DNA of 53,457 bases, the filler included, from Sphacelaria rigidula (lineage: Eukaryota), in the NCBI GenBank assembly GCA_964200075.2. It is 4 parts of 4 records of this genome, joined end to end, with 100 filler letters (N's around TTAATTAATTAA, not from the genome) between each part and the next. Parts side by side here need not be neighbours in the genome. Positions count along the whole stretch, not along the records: positions 13,392 to 26,681 come from CAXNAA020002989.1; positions 26,782 to 40,071 come from CAXNAA020002990.1; 2 more parts are not named here. One strand, written 5' to 3'. The notes under the pieces are model-generated. The model saw only the letters and a list, made by a program, of their open reading frames with translations. It was not told where the DNA came from and made no database searches. The position numbers and the translations under genes were made by a program. Positions 24,521-38,507 of the stretch are shown in pieces; positions within the stretch are counted from its first letter, which is position 1; each line of letters opens with the position of its first letter.

Positions 24521-26681
24521 CTATATACGTGTAATCTCCGGCAGCTACGAGCTGGGCCAGCCAAAAAAAAACATATCTTCTGCACACAAAAACTCTTTCA
24601 GCTTCCCGAATAAGTCCAATTTTAGTACATCGTTGTGAACTGCGCACGAATCTTTTCATGACAAGCTCTGCCACGCTGCGTATAGCAAACAAAATAAAAA
24701 CTGCGGCCACCGGGAAACGCGAAGATATCCTGGAACCACCTCAACGAGTAGAGCAAGTCATTCCAAGGTGTCAAACTCCGCCTACTAAAGCTCCCTTTTT
24801 GGGCGTAAAACGACGTAGAAGCTCCAAAAAGGCACCTCTCCAGATTTTTAGCTGTGTTTGTTATAAAAAGCGGTCTTACAAAAAAAAGTGACGGATAAAA
24901 AATGACCTCAACGACGAAATCAGATTCCACTAAAAACAAATGTGACTGTCGGCATTCGATTTCGTGACCTGCCTCCCTCGCTGAAGTCTCCTGTACCAGT
25001 TAGACCATCGGGTGCAGTGGTGTCACACAAAATGTGCAAAACTCTGCCCAATTTTGGGAGCTTCGAGCCGAAATATCGCGAGGGTCTCCACTTACACGCA
25101 AAATAAAAAATCACACAAAGCGTGCCAGGGTTATTTTTTTTTGTCGAGTTATTTTCCTCTTTTTAGTCTAAAATTTTCAGGTCTCTCTGAACTTCTGTTA
25201 TTTTTCTTTTTCGAGCCGCAACTTTCGCTACTTCCCGCGTATTGATATCTATTTCTTGTGTGTCGAAATTTTCATGCTCCTAACTCCCAAAATTAAGCAG
25301 GGCATAAGTGTTCAACCCCCAATGAAAATTCTTGGCTGGTTCGGCTCTTAGCGATGATGCTCCATGTGTCCGTGCACATACATCTACATGTACACATGAA
25401 TCAAAATATTCCCGGGTGGAGATCTCCGTATCACATGCCCGTGTTTAGTACTGTAGATATCACATTTGCAGATTTGTGTCATCCTCCGGGGAGGAGGGGG
25501 GGAGGGGGGAGGAAACTCAAAACATTAAAGGTTCCTGTGATGCCGCGATAGTCTCCCGCCAAAACCAATACCGAAACTGCAACGAAGGAAATGGCCATAC
25601 AGTGCCTCATAGCTAGTTTCAGAGCCCCTCGTATGGGCGTCATTGGCGAAAACGATCCCAAGCATGGGAGATCTCAGCTGCTCGATGTGCTCGACTTTTG
25701 CCATTTTGATCCACGTGCAGATTGTGCCTCCTCGAACCAGCCACTGTCGTGTGTGGGGGGTGGGGCGCGGGGGCTATCTCAGCATCAGTCGTGATGGTCC
25801 ACGGATCCACAAAATACGCGGGACTTGTCGAAAGGAAAAATACTGAGAGGGCGAGTTGTACATGAGTATAATAAAAATCGGAGGCGATGTGCTCGTCGTT
25901 CGGGGGATGATTCATGATAGAGCAACATGAGTAAAAGCAGGGCGATGCAGCACTCCTTGAAGTCGACGGGCTGCTTGGACGTGCGCTACGTGAACCAAGA
26001 GCATGCCATTGCACCCTTTTACACACAACAATTTCCTCGCACGCTTCCAGGCCAAGTCCGCTAATGTTGAATATTTTCCAAGTGCAACCGAGGCTCCATG
26101 CAATGCTCCAAACCAAAGGTGCTGTCCAGAGTGCTCCGAGTATATTTTGGTGAACCGACTAGTACAGTAAAAGCGGAGCTTAACCTTACAGGCAACGTAG
26201 GTCGAGTTCTCTGTCGGAAGACACACGGGCTCGTTCGGGGGCTCACGATCTTTTCCTCTCGACAAGATTGACGCCATAACAGCAATAACTAGGAGTCATG
26301 TACCCAAAAATCACAAAAAAACAGAACAGCACAAAACCCCATGCGACGATTCACCGAAATTCGGATTACTTTTTATACAGAAGAAGGCCCCGCACTTCTA
26401 TAGGATGTCTACGTAGATATTTTACCGAGGTAGCTTCAACGACACAACCTCCAGCGACATGACCGCCGCAACTTGACGGGAACAGTTTTGGTCGGGTTTT
26501 TCACCGCCTCGGATGAAGTCCGTGATCTTCGCCAGTCTCCTGTGAACTACTCACTCCTCTATCTGCGTCTCTGCGTCTGTTTGTCTTTCTCTCTCTTGTC
26601 GAGAGGGGAAAACAAGAGCAATGGACTAGAAAAGGTATACCTTCTCGTTTTTTGCCCAAGAAAGGTACGAAAAATGGCCAG

Positions 26682-26781
26682 NNNNNNNNNNNNNNNNNNN
26701 NNNNNNNNNNNNNNNNNNNNNNNNNTTAATTAATTAANNNNNNNNNNNNNNNNNNNNNNNNNNNNNNNNNNNNNNNNNNNN
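26682..26781. other. Artificial contig linker
   Basis: N44-TTAATTAATTAA-N44. Confidence 0.97.
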
Positions 26782-26980
26782 AGTCACCCTGACTAAGAGT
26801 CATCATCCAACGGCCAAGTTCTCTTCCCTGCGGCCGCTAGAACAACTGATATACCCAAACTTCTCGGTTTTGGGCTGCTCGGGTTAAGGCCAGCATTGTG
26901 GTGAAGGTACTGTTCAATTTCCTGTTATGGTGAAGAAACAGGGAAAAACCGGTTTGTGGACACCATTTTTCGATTTTTCC

Positions 26981-29900
26981 TCACTCTCGATCACCCCTGA
27001 GGGGTGGGGGGGGGGGGGGGTATAAACCGTTTTCCAGTCTGTAAGGCCCCTTTACCGGAGAACTAGGATTTGACACTTCGTGGCTCGGCTGACAAATCAT
27101 GACAGAATGTGAAAGTCTCCATGCTGAAACATGAAACACACCGCACCTCAGAAGCTGCACAGGCGCTTGCAGGGCGGCTGTCCTTGCTGCTGACAGCCAG
27201 CCCGAACCGCTATCTGCATCCGGTGCATACGGCCCAGGTCTCCAAGGCACAGCGTCCAGTTCGAAAGCATTCGGCACAGGCCGCAGCGTGTCCGCGGGTG
27301 CATTGTTGACTTGGGGCACCAACAACCATAATGGTTGCCACAGCTCTTGCGGAGGTAGATACCGCTCGCTTCTGGGCCCGGTGGCCGACTGAAAGCCTCC
27401 ACCTGCACTCAACCGCGCGCCATCTGCCTTCGGCGAGCTGAACGCCTTGAACCGCTGCGGCGTCGTCTTCATCGATCCCACGGCTGATACATCCAAACTA
27501 CTCCGGCCGGTCGCAGCAACCAACGCCTTGCGCGGGTCTTCACCGAATTCCCAGCCATTGATGCAAATAATACCAGTCCCGAAGCTACTGTCCGGGCCCC
27601 CGCCGGCTGCCTGAGAATTGTCTATATCAACATCAACCCCCGTCCGCGGGAAGTATGATCGAATAGCAGGAGTCGACCCTCTGACGTTCATGCCCCCGGG
27701 TGTCAGCAGCACACCGTTGCGACGATTCGTGAGGCACGCGACCACATTGTACGCCCGCATCAACGCCGGGCGGTCGCGGTAGAGACCCTCCACCCGTCGG
27801 GGTCGCACTGGCCTCGACCCACTGTTGCCGTAACCACCGCCGCCGTTGTTGTTGCCAGCGTTACTGGAGGTGTTATCCAGACTTCCATCACCTCTGGCTT
27901 CCGAGTCACCACCCCCTGCGTTGCCCTGTTTTGAAGCCGCGCTTGATTTCGCCACCGCTGCCAACCCCGCCATCCGACCCATGTGCAGGTGGTTGTGCCG
28001 ACGCAGGGAGGCTCTAGCGTCTCTTCTCCGACTACTGTAGATTTCCCCCTCGGCGGCGACGTTCGTGAAGTCTAGCGTAGTTCCTCCACCGTCTTCATTG
28101 AGGAGAGCAGGCAGCCCACTGAGTGCGTCGAGAGAAACCTGCCACTCTAGCTCCAGACCAGTGATGCCCGAGCCACGGAGGCCGCCGCCGCCCACGACGC
28201 CCCCCCCCCTCCACTACTGCCCCCGCCGCTGTTTCCGCTCCATTCTCCGCTCCCGCCTCCGCTACCCCCACGGACGTAGGCTCGGACGCACAAGAAGCGA
28301 CGATTGCTAATGACGAGAATGACGGCTTCCGTGCGACTTCGGGGGAGGAACTCTGTTGAAACCACAAAGTCGGGTTCGAAGATACTCTGGCGAGAGCGGC
28401 GTCGACCATAATCCTACACGTCGCGAATGTTGGTAAACGGGTTGAGGGGGGAAGTGGGGCCGAGGTTGCTCGTGCGCAAAGCGAAATCGACTCAATAAAT
28501 TACATGAAGGTTTGTACATGGTCATGAACAACGAAGTTCAACATGTTCAACACGTTTTGGCAACAAAAATAAGAAACGCACACGTACTATATATTATACC
28601 GTACACAGCGACGTCACAACGGCATAGTCACTCTTCACGTGAACTAATGGAGCGCATTTGAGAGGAACGCGACCGCGTCCAACGCATGCTTCTCCTCACC
28701 TTGGGCTGGACAAGCATACTCACACCCCCTGTACCCGTGATCCCAGAACCCGACGCCCTCGTTCGCGTTCTCGCCGGTGAAGCCTCGGGAGATCCAGGTT
28801 CGCTGCTCGGCGAAGCCCATCCCCTACCTCCCGCACCAACGACGCTGCCGTCTAAGTTATCGTCGGTCCCTCCTGCACCGGGAAAGGGTGATGACCCCGT
28901 CCACGAGTGAATCCTGTACCGCATACTGTCGTCCGGAGGCAGCGTGGAAACCGGAATAGGTCCGCCGTCCATCATTGCGACATCACCGGGCGTTGGAGTG
29001 TGCATCGTCGGTGCCGTTGACAAGTGCAAGATTGTCCCTCGAGCATGTCTCCCCCGCGCCTGTGCAATAGTATAAATAACACCAGGGGATGAGAGGAGGG
29101 CAGTGAGCGTCTAGGCTTTCTACAAACCACAGCCAATAATGAACATTTTCTCCGTGGGTCGGCCGATGCCTTTTTTCGCAGGGTGTACAGGCTGGGTCCC
29201 AAGGGGAAAAAGCGAGAATTCTCGCCGGGTGGTTTATCTGTCTATCCGACACGACAGCCATTACGCTTTCCTGTAAGCCCATATTGACGCGCGGAGGGGA
29301 GGGGAGGGGAGGAAAATTAGTCTAATTGCAAGTCATTGGGCTTGCCAAAAGTAGTCAAACGATTGAATATGAAGTCTGTTCACGAATTGAAGGAATGTTC
29401 CGGGAGTGGACGCAAGGATTTACACGGTTTTCGACAGATTGGGACGAGTTGACCACGAGTCAGGAAGATCGAACTGATGTGATCGAAGAAACACCGGCGA
29501 GATTCCTGGAGACCGCGTCGAACCCTACAGGGCCTATCGGCGGTGTGTGGGAAAGGGCCAGTTCACGTAACCGGTTGTCCATGTACTGTACATCACTCCT
29601 AGAGCTAAAATGCAGCGACTTGCAGAGATCTTCATGCTTCATGGTTTCGAGGACAATCACACCTTCAGCAAATTGGAAGTCGTCACGCTTGCAATCCCGA
29701 CGACTCCGTTGCGCGCACTTCTGGTAATCGCCGACTGTGATGGGCAACACAACAACCGCACACGACACGAATGTTTCTACACGACAACGAAAAAGCGTAT
29801 ACCTTCAACAGGGGAAAGCGTGCCAACAGGATCGCGCCGCACGCCGTCTCCGCCGTACGAGGCATCATCCTCCCATCCGGCCCGAAAGGCTGCGGGAAAC

Positions 29901-31052
29901 GAACTCTCCGCGCTGTGAAGCCGGCATCCCCAGCCGCGAGCCCACCCGCCATTTCTCTGACGGCTTCCCCCGTGTGTGTGACGGCGTCGAGGCACCCCAC
30001 CATGGGCTTCGTGGCCACACCCGCGACGCCATAGCAGAGTCCAACTGCCAAGCCCCGAAGGCCGTCATCCTGGACCACAGGCAAAAAGGAACGTCGTTCA
30101 CCAACGAGTTGGGGGGTTGTTTATTGCCGTGGCCTATTGCGTTGGGCGCGAAGGAGGCAGTAGGGGTGACAAAATGTCGGGGTATGTTGCGTAGATAGGG
30201 AAGGAGAGAGCACTTGTGGTCTACACGTCGCGCGCAACCAATTGTAAAGAACAGCAATCCGGACAGAATCGTACAGAGATTTTCAAGTATAAGAGCGTGC
30301 GTACCGGAAAAGTGAAACGAAGAGAAGGGATGGCACAAGTGCACCAAACTGACGGATCCGAACCGAGAGCGTGGGTCTCAAAAGCGACGCACATTTTCCC
30401 CTTATTTATTTTTCTTTCATGAATCACGGTAAAAAGATCAATTTTGTCACGATGCATAGCCCTACCAAATAATGCTTTGATCTCTTTCGGAAAGGCCTCC
30501 CTGCAATATTTCCAAGTAAGTTGACCAAGCTTTGAAAACGACTAAAGATCTCAAGAGGATATTCCGCATATTTCTCAAGTGAGTGTATTGTAGACTATAA
30601 CAATCAACGACCACGGACACTGACATAACCACTTTAACCTGGGCCAGCGCCTGTGTGAGTTCATGCAACCATGATGCTTATGCATCTGCTCTGCCGCGTG
30701 GGGGCACAAAACCGTGCCACGCCCATGGGGTAAGGTGTGCGAGTCTCATAGAATGTCACGTGCACATGTTCTCTGTCGTATGCGAGCGCAGAATATGCGT
30801 TGTTCCCATGCGGTCAGGGGTAGTGAGGGGTTCCCGTCAGAGAGGTGTAGCTGTCGTGTGTGTGAAAACATATGTGCCCGGCGATGTCCTATCAAAGATC
30901 TTGTACAGACGGGGGGGGGGGGGGGGGAAAGGGCATTTGAATTCAAAAACAACAAAAAAAACTTACCGTGGGGGGGAAAATTTCAAAACATTTAAATATA
31001 NNNNNNNNNNGGGTGTGGGAATAAAATGGGGGGGGGGGGGGGGGGGTGAAGA

Positions 31053-31088
<36 letters not shown>

Positions 31089-33277
31089 AATGGCATTTGA
31101 ATTCAAAATCATCACAAAAATCGTACCGTGTGGGTGATAATTTCGAAACATTTAAATGTATATACACACATATATCGAAGCAACTTTGACCATATGGTTC
31201 ACTAACATGAGCAACCCGCGTAGCACAGTGAACATCCGCATACCAAAGCCGCTGAAATATGTGCGGAAGAATGGAATTGCAAGGGGAACGAAGGAATGAT
31301 CAAGACGAACAGAGCGTGTGTGTGTGCCAAGTGCAGTCGTGTTGTCGGAGGTGACCGTGAGTCAGCAGTTGCATTAGCTGGTTGAAGCTTTCAACTGGGC
31401 AGATAGTGATTGTGAGGGGCTGGGAGGGTGCATGCACGCGTACACGCGATCCAAAGACAAAAAAAAAAAAATGGGATTTGAGAGAAAGATTTTCAGAGGG
31501 AAGGTCGCCAAAAGAGTGCTTGGTCGAAAACAGGAACGTTCACGCTTTGGAGCGGCGAATTTGACATGTACGGTAGTACGTGTGCTGGATAATCATCAGC
31601 AACTCAGCAACTCATCCGCCAACCACAGAGACACGGTCACGTGTACGACTTTTCACTGCACAAGAAAATCCGAGGAGCGGGTATCGACGGAGCCGACAAC
31701 TTGAGAGCATCACAGGCCGATGGTCAACTGTACAGTACGTGATACGCATGGACTGCTATTCAAAGCCAGCTTCTTCAGAAGAGAAAAATAAAATGCTGAA
31801 GGGGCGCCAGGGAGAAAACGCGGGTGAGCTCTGGATGACAAAAGACCACGGAGATCATGCTCGAGAGATCGGTATCGATCGACGCTGGAACTAGGGAAAC
31901 ATGTTTTGTACTGTGAACGCAATTTTCACACATCATGCCACCAGCGAAGCTGTGCCCACACACACTCCTCATACATCAGATCAGGTATGGACCATACCTC
32001 ACGAAGCAGCTTAGCTGCGAACATGAGTCTCATATACTATACATCATCGTACAGAATCCTCGTTTCGGGAAAAAGGCAATACACTATACACTACAAGGTT
32101 CCCCTTCGGAAGATTGGTACGGGCCTCCCGAGGGTGACGCAAGTCGAAAATGTATAGTAAGTGATCGTGTCTGTACAAAACATCGCATGTGTTATCGGAT
32201 GTCGTTTGGAAATATGGAAATTCGGACGGCGGCCGACAGGGGAACCGCCGGCGTAGGACATGCGTGGTATTTCCGAGGTGCCGGAGTGCGAAGTAGCTTT
32301 CGTGCCACAAAGACATGACAGCGGGAGGCATTCCCGTAAAATTGGAATGCGTGGAACATGCTTGGCGTGTTCCTTGTACATCACCGTGGCTTTCACATCA
32401 CCGGGCCTTGTTTCGAAACAGGGTGATTGTTTTTGCGGCAAAAACTCCCGTCGTGTTGTACTGCTGTGCCTTGTTCAAGTCGCCAACGGCTCATTGCACG
32501 GTCTTGTGTTTGCTTGTGATCAAGGTCAAGGCCATCTTCAACTGTTTTCAAGTGCTTTGCTCTCATGTTCTCGTGACATTGGCGGCATACGTGGTGTGTT
32601 CGTGCTCCCAACTGAACGAGAACGGGACAAACAGGAACACGGGGGGAAAATACCTCGCCAAAACCCATCCTGTTTGAAGGTTTCCATGATCCTCAGGCTT
32701 TTTCTGTGGTTCAGGTTCTTGTTCCAAGTTTTCCATCATCTTGAAAAGGCTTTAGTGGTTCGGGATCGACACCCCGCGAGAAAGGGCCAGTTTGAGCGAC
32801 TTTTGGTGGCCAGAACACGCGCCAAAGGTATCAGATGACACCCAAACCTGAACGGTAATGTACCGCTGAGCCTTCTCAGTGCGCTGCAAAAGAAAGCGCG
32901 TGAAAAAAGGTTTTGCCGCCAGAGAAAAATCGGCAAAAGTGGTGAAAAATGTGAAATGATACATGTACATATACCGAAACCACAGTGCGGGAGTACTAAT
33001 GGTCATGATCCAATCCGCGATACCAAATTGCACGGCGAGTACCGGGGAGGAATAGGTTTCTCCCTTGAGACCATGGACTCGTCAGCAGGAACCGACAGGA
33101 AAAAACAGATCAGATGTCAACACACGGTTCACACGAAATGGCGGAGGGTCAAGTGCAGTCACTGAAGACACAGCTGTGAGACGCACCTCACCCATCGGTT
33201 GGAAAGTCAGCTTTTGCAGCTGCTGGGAGATCAGCACTCTAGTTTGAGGTACAACATGTGACTCTTGCAGCAGCAGC

Positions 33278-33345
<68 letters not shown>

Positions 33346-36300
33346 AAGAAGAAACATTCGGCGGAACTAGAGTATAGTGGACTGTCACTATACGGAATGC
33401 ACGGGGGCATGACTCCTCAGGAAGGAGTTCTGTATGGTCGCCCTACTTGATTGGCGCTCACCCTAGTCCGCCTGTACGGCTCAACGATGACACCGGTAAC
33501 GCCGTGGTAAATACCACCCCCCAGATCGCGAACGGCGTGAGTGATCATCGTGGCGGCCCCTCTCGCCCCTTTCCCGCCGCCCCGGTGGCCGCCTGCCTCG
33601 CCGGCTCCAGCCTCGCGACGGCGGCGAATGCGCCGACGCTGGAACTCTTCGTCAAACGAGAGGGCAGCAACACCTCCTCCCACGGAGCGCCTATTCGTTG
33701 AATGAAAGAGATGGGCAGATCACGCCAAGCACCGAGATACCTCGATTGAGTTTCGCCATAAAGAAGAGGGTTTATTATCAAGACTTCATTCTACGGAGCG
33801 CCGTCTGATAATATTGAACGAAATGGGATCGACAACGCAAAACTATCGAGCGGTTGGGCTGTGAGTTCGATCGTACAATTCATGCATGGAGCAGGCAGCC
33901 TAGATATGTGCATTTTGAGGACAAGAAAACGGCAACGTGCGTGAGGTGCAGGTTTTTATATGAGGGGGCAACAAGAACGGAGGGTGAACGCACGCACACG
34001 CTCTTGATCGTCATCATGTCACGGGTCTCCCTTTTGATTCCCCCCTTGCCCCCGGTGAGACAGCTATGAGGTGGTGCGTAAGCCATAGCCGTCTCTGGAA
34101 GTGGCGATCCCAGAATATGAAGCGACATATTGGAGGCTGTCATCCAAAAATGGAAGATGATCAGTACGCTTCGAGCCAAAAACTCTCCGCAGGATGCAGC
34201 TCCCCCTTCATGCGACTCGCCGAGCACATCACGGCGCTTCGCGCTCGGTGATTGATTGCGAGCCTGGCCCGGCGAAATTCCGGCGTGCTTTGTTCCGGCT
34301 TCGTAGGGATGCGAGGTTAGCGGTCATTATGACTACGGCATGCAAGATCATGAGCACACCCCCCCTTGCCCCCCCAAAGCTGCTTCACAAGATTTCCTCG
34401 ACGGCTGAATCAGCAGTGCCCAGGCCTGTCGACTTCCATCGATCATTTTTCGTACTCTCGCCCTCACGATTGTAGCGACGGAAAACAAACTATCGACGAA
34501 AACATCTTGCTCCCATTTGTCGGGATTCAAATCCACCAAGTGCGTCCAAACTGGACATTGGTCTGACGGTATGACCTCCGGTGCGCGACCGCATGCACCG
34601 CGAAAACGGAGCCGTCCGTATCAAAAATCGATACGCAGACGTGCTGCGTTCACGCGGTCCGTAACACGGTACTGCGCACACAAGTCGTGTTGTGGGTTAC
34701 GTAACCCCGACTCACGTTATCTTGGTGGTGAAGCCGAGCACGCCCGAGGTGGTGTTTCCGACGAGCGACATTGAGCCTTTCACAACTCCTTTGCCGAATG
34801 CCGTGGGACTCTTCATCAGTCCCTCCGCGGGCTCGTAAAAGAAGTCCTTCACTCCGGTTCCCAGCTGCGCGCGGTTTGTCAGATGAAATGACAAGTCATT
34901 TCGTTGGCAATATATACAATGAATTGCACGATGCGGCGGGATACGGGGATGGAGTTATGGTCCCATCTTCACTCTTGCTCGACGACGGAGGCGATGAGGA
35001 GCAACAAGAACGAGATGCAACCACTAACAGTGACGTTAAACGTTTCTGCACGGGGCACATCATGGTTTTCCATTCGGGTAGGAGTCGAAGAGAGAGGGCT
35101 CAAGTGGAGGACATGCACAACCGGAAAGCTGTGAACTTTCTGGAAGTAGAGCAAAGACACAACACTTGACATCGAGTACACTAGTCCAAAGGCCCCATAT
35201 GGCCGTATTTGCGCTACAGAGGACTTGCTGCCGTTGTTGACCACCCCAGGGACATACAAGACCAGCCATGTCTGTCACCGTGGAAGTATCAAGTCAATTA
35301 TGTGCAATAACGTATGACACTAGAGAGTATTTCAGGGAATTACCAGGGATTACCGTGGCTAAGTGCCGCTGTCGGCTAAAGGATTAACCCTAAATCCATC
35401 GTTGGAAGAGCATGGATACCCATAACGATCGGGCATCCTCTGCCGCGAAATGACATACTTCCTCTGTGTCAGAAGTACTTCAGGATTACGCGGGCCCTCA
35501 AACGTTTCCGGTGCTTTGGGCGATGAAATATTATTGTAATCTTTGATGCTGTTTTAGTTCAGACCTTTACTTTTTTCGCACATTACCTTGCATAGGCATC
35601 ACCATGCATGGGCTGACGGTCGAAAATATGTCAGCGCGCCCAAAAATGCCGGTATCTCTCCCCTATTCCGGGAGGGGAGGGCAATCGATAACATGGGTAC
35701 ATCACCCCTATGTCAGCCCAAACGTGAGTACAGGTAGACGCGCAAGCTGGAGCTGCTCCGTGCCAGCGCAAACTATTCATAAAATCAGTCCCGACGCAAA
35801 GGCAGAGCGCCCACAGCCCATGCAGAGCACGGAGGCCAGCGCTCACGCAGAAAGGTCGCGACGTGGGACCAAACAGCACCGCGGGGCACGACGGCCTCGC
35901 AGAGTACCCTCTCTTGTCCGACAATAAGGTGGATGTATCCACCGCCAACTACTATGTTTATCTTGTACCCCCTTCCGTCCTATTGAGGTCCAGTTGTGTC
36001 CGAAGTGTGCCCAAGTTTGACCACTGTTAGCCGCCAATAGCCGTCGTCCAACCCACTGCACGGCATAAAATTAAGTGGTCGATGAACATCTTAACGCCTC
36101 TGTGTACCTCTTTCTACGGCCTGGAGACTCCAGATATCGTCGTCGGTGATTTGCACCCCAAACAAACGAGACCCCTGTGGAGTGAATGACACATTGCACA
36201 ACTGCGGTGTGCGCGCGGGCGCGCAAACGGCATGGAAAATTGCGATATTGCGGGAAACAACGGCTGAATCCCTCCGTCGCTCAGTCATTGCTCAGGGGGA

Positions 36301-38507
36301 CCGCGGGAGCATGCCAAGGCAACTTACCCTACAGGGCGATCGCGGTGTACACAACGAGAGCAGTAGTAAAGGCGCACATGATACGAGTGGGGTATATAAG
36401 GCATGAAGTACGTGAGTGTGAAACATGGGGCGACGGGGAGACAAATGAACAAGACAAGGAAGGTATTATGCGAATGATAACTACTAGGGGATTTGGGGAA
36501 AATATCTTATGTGAAGCGCAATAATATCGACTTTTTTCGTTCGAAGGTTCCTATTTCTTCCGATATATGAACTCTTTGTGACGATTAAAAAAAAAGAGCG
36601 AGCAAGGGAGCTTGTCTTCCCTTCAGGTTCTACGGAGAAAACACAAAACAGACTTGTTTGGAACAGCGGTGTTTTTCCCGCACTGGCCAGTCAGAAACAG
36701 GATTGGAAATCTCAACGGGCGTAGCTAAAACACTCAGCCGGAGAAAGCATGCACAGACACAGTAGAGACGCATCACCCCTAGCCCGCGCTCTTGCTCATC
36801 TGCACCCAGTGCTGTTTGTTCCACGGCAACCCGGTCTATATTGGAAAAGGGTTGGCCGTGCAAGTGCCACAAACGTTGCTGATGATGGAGTGCCTGGCCG
36901 TTCACGGGTGTGTTACACGGCGCGCGTCTGGTAGAAGTCATCGTGTCTCATTTAAATTTCGAATTGATTCGTTCGGAGGCAAAAACGTCATATCCAGCTG
37001 ATCCGTAGGAACTGGTCGAGCTATCCGTTGTCTATCGCGCGACAGCGGGATCATACTTTGTACGTTGACGTGTGCTTGTGTCAGGTGCGGGCTGTGTGGC
37101 ATGTGTGTTCCTCAGTGACGTTCACTGCGCCGCTAATGTATGTTGCCCTCGATGGCAAACAGCCCAAAACCGTATTGGCGAATAGCTACTATGCACAGCA
37201 CCTTGTCTTTGCTCCCTTGCCCTCTCGTCGCCCCATGGTCTACAATCATGCAGTATACGCCGCAAGTACGATGTCTGCCTCTTCTACTGCTACCATTATT
37301 TTGTACATCACGAGTGCTGTACGGCAAGTTTCCTGGACATGCTTCCGCGACGCCCCGTGAGCGATGCCTGAGCGACGGAGGGGTTCAGCCGCTGTGTTCC
37401 GTACTTTGGCAACTTGTTACACCGTTTGCGCGCGCGCACACACACCAGTCGTGCGGTGTGTCAATCACACCGCATGGGTCACCTTGTTTAGGGTGCAAAT
37501 CACCGACGGCGGGGTCTAGCGTCTCCAGGCCGTAGGGAGAGGTAAAAGGGAGCGTTGGAGACGTTCTTTGGCCCTTGATTTTGAGCCGTGCAGTGGGTTG
37601 GACGGCGGCTGTAAAAGGCGGATAGTGATCAAACTTGGGTACACTTTGAACAAAACTGGGTCCAAAATAGGACAGAAGGGGGTACAAGATAAACGTAGAT
37701 ACCCACCTCGTTGTCGGACAACTAGAGGGTACTCTGCGAGGCCGTCGTGCCCGGCGTTGCTGTTTGACCCTAGATCGCGTTTTTTTGTTGTTGCGAAAGT
37801 TGGTGCACATGCTCTGCATGGGCGCTATGCGCGCCTTATCTTTGTATCGGCACGGAATTTTTGGGTGGTTTGGGCCTAGCATGGACAGCTCTAACTTGCG
37901 CGTCTACCTGTGCCCATTTCCGGGCTGATTTAGGAGGCGAAGAACCAACGTCGTCGACTGCCCAAAAACACTTGGAAAAAAAAGAAAAAGGTGGTCGTTC
38001 TCGCATCACTGGAACTTGGCGCTGAATAGTCCCACGTCTTGGTAATGGCCTCCTAACCGTATTTTATCACTACTTTCAACGTTCCCGCCCTCTGGCGCGC
38101 CGACCCCCCGGTATGCTCCACGCAGATTCCCGAAAAATTCCCCAACTTCGACCCGAACATTCTCAATATGACTTACATTTTTCTTGCTTTTCAGTGCGTA
38201 TCTCCATGATTTTAGTTCTTCAACAAATCCATGACACCGTGAAAACCTTCCTTAGGGAGATACGATCTGCACCTCGACGAGCACTTCACTTATGGGACAG
38301 AGTGAGTACATGCCCAATACAGGATGAAGCTCGACGTTAAATAAACACCGCTTCGCAGGAAACCAACTGGTGTTGCAAGAGAATGTGAGCGAAGTTTACC
38401 TGGCTGAGCACGCCGACTGGATCTCCGAGAAAGTCGAAGCTACCCACAATCTTGTAGAGCTGCCTCAGCAACGCGCCGATGTAGTGGTTTTGCAGCGAGT
38501 TCGTCAG
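26981..38507 (-). CDS. VPS13: VPS13-family lipid transfer protein, C-terminal part (ATG2_C/VPS13_C region plus PH-like region); 5' part absent from the contig
   Basis: Exons 38507-38400 (HYIGALLRQLYKIVGSFDFLGDPVGV), 34864-34716 (LGTGVKDFFYEPAEGLMKSP..FGKGVVKG), 33690-33462 (GVAALSFDEEFQ..GVTGVIVEP), 30069-29803 (GVAGVATKPMVGCLD..RVRFPQPF), then probable exons 29734-29663, 29059-28700 and 28413 onward, with a 1-nt frameshift at C10 28200-28209. The 3' end is uncertain. Confidence 0.9.
32985..33085 (+). mobile_element. Fragment of the tRNA-derived SINE body
   Basis: gtgcgggagtactaatggtcatgatccaatccgcga..cccttgagacca.ggactcgtc matches the SINE core. Confidence 0.6.
33267..33344. repeat. (CAG)/(CAA)n microsatellite, intronic
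   Basis: Trinucleotide run inside the VPS13 intron 33461-30070. Confidence 0.95.
35640..37970. repeat. Long diverged inverted repeat (arms about 35640-36300 and 37350-37970) inside a VPS13 intron
   Basis: ggcacgacggcctcgcagagtaccctct (about 35885) pairs with agagggtactctgcgaggccgtcgtgcc (about 37724). ggctgaa.ccctccgtcgctcag is also mirrored. Confidence 0.85.

Noticed and set aside
30900..31165. Tandem duplication around the N10 gap (similar at 9650-9845)
   Set aside because: The copy before the gap looks like a low-quality read-through of a poly-G tract, so it is an assembly artifact.
32200..32830. Coding-looking minus-strand stretch inside a VPS13 intron
   Set aside because: Multiple stops, no identifiable family, and the flanking VPS13 exons join in phase without it.
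33082..33450. Poly-Q and poly-L ORFs
   Set aside because: They are translations of an intronic (CAA)n microsatellite.
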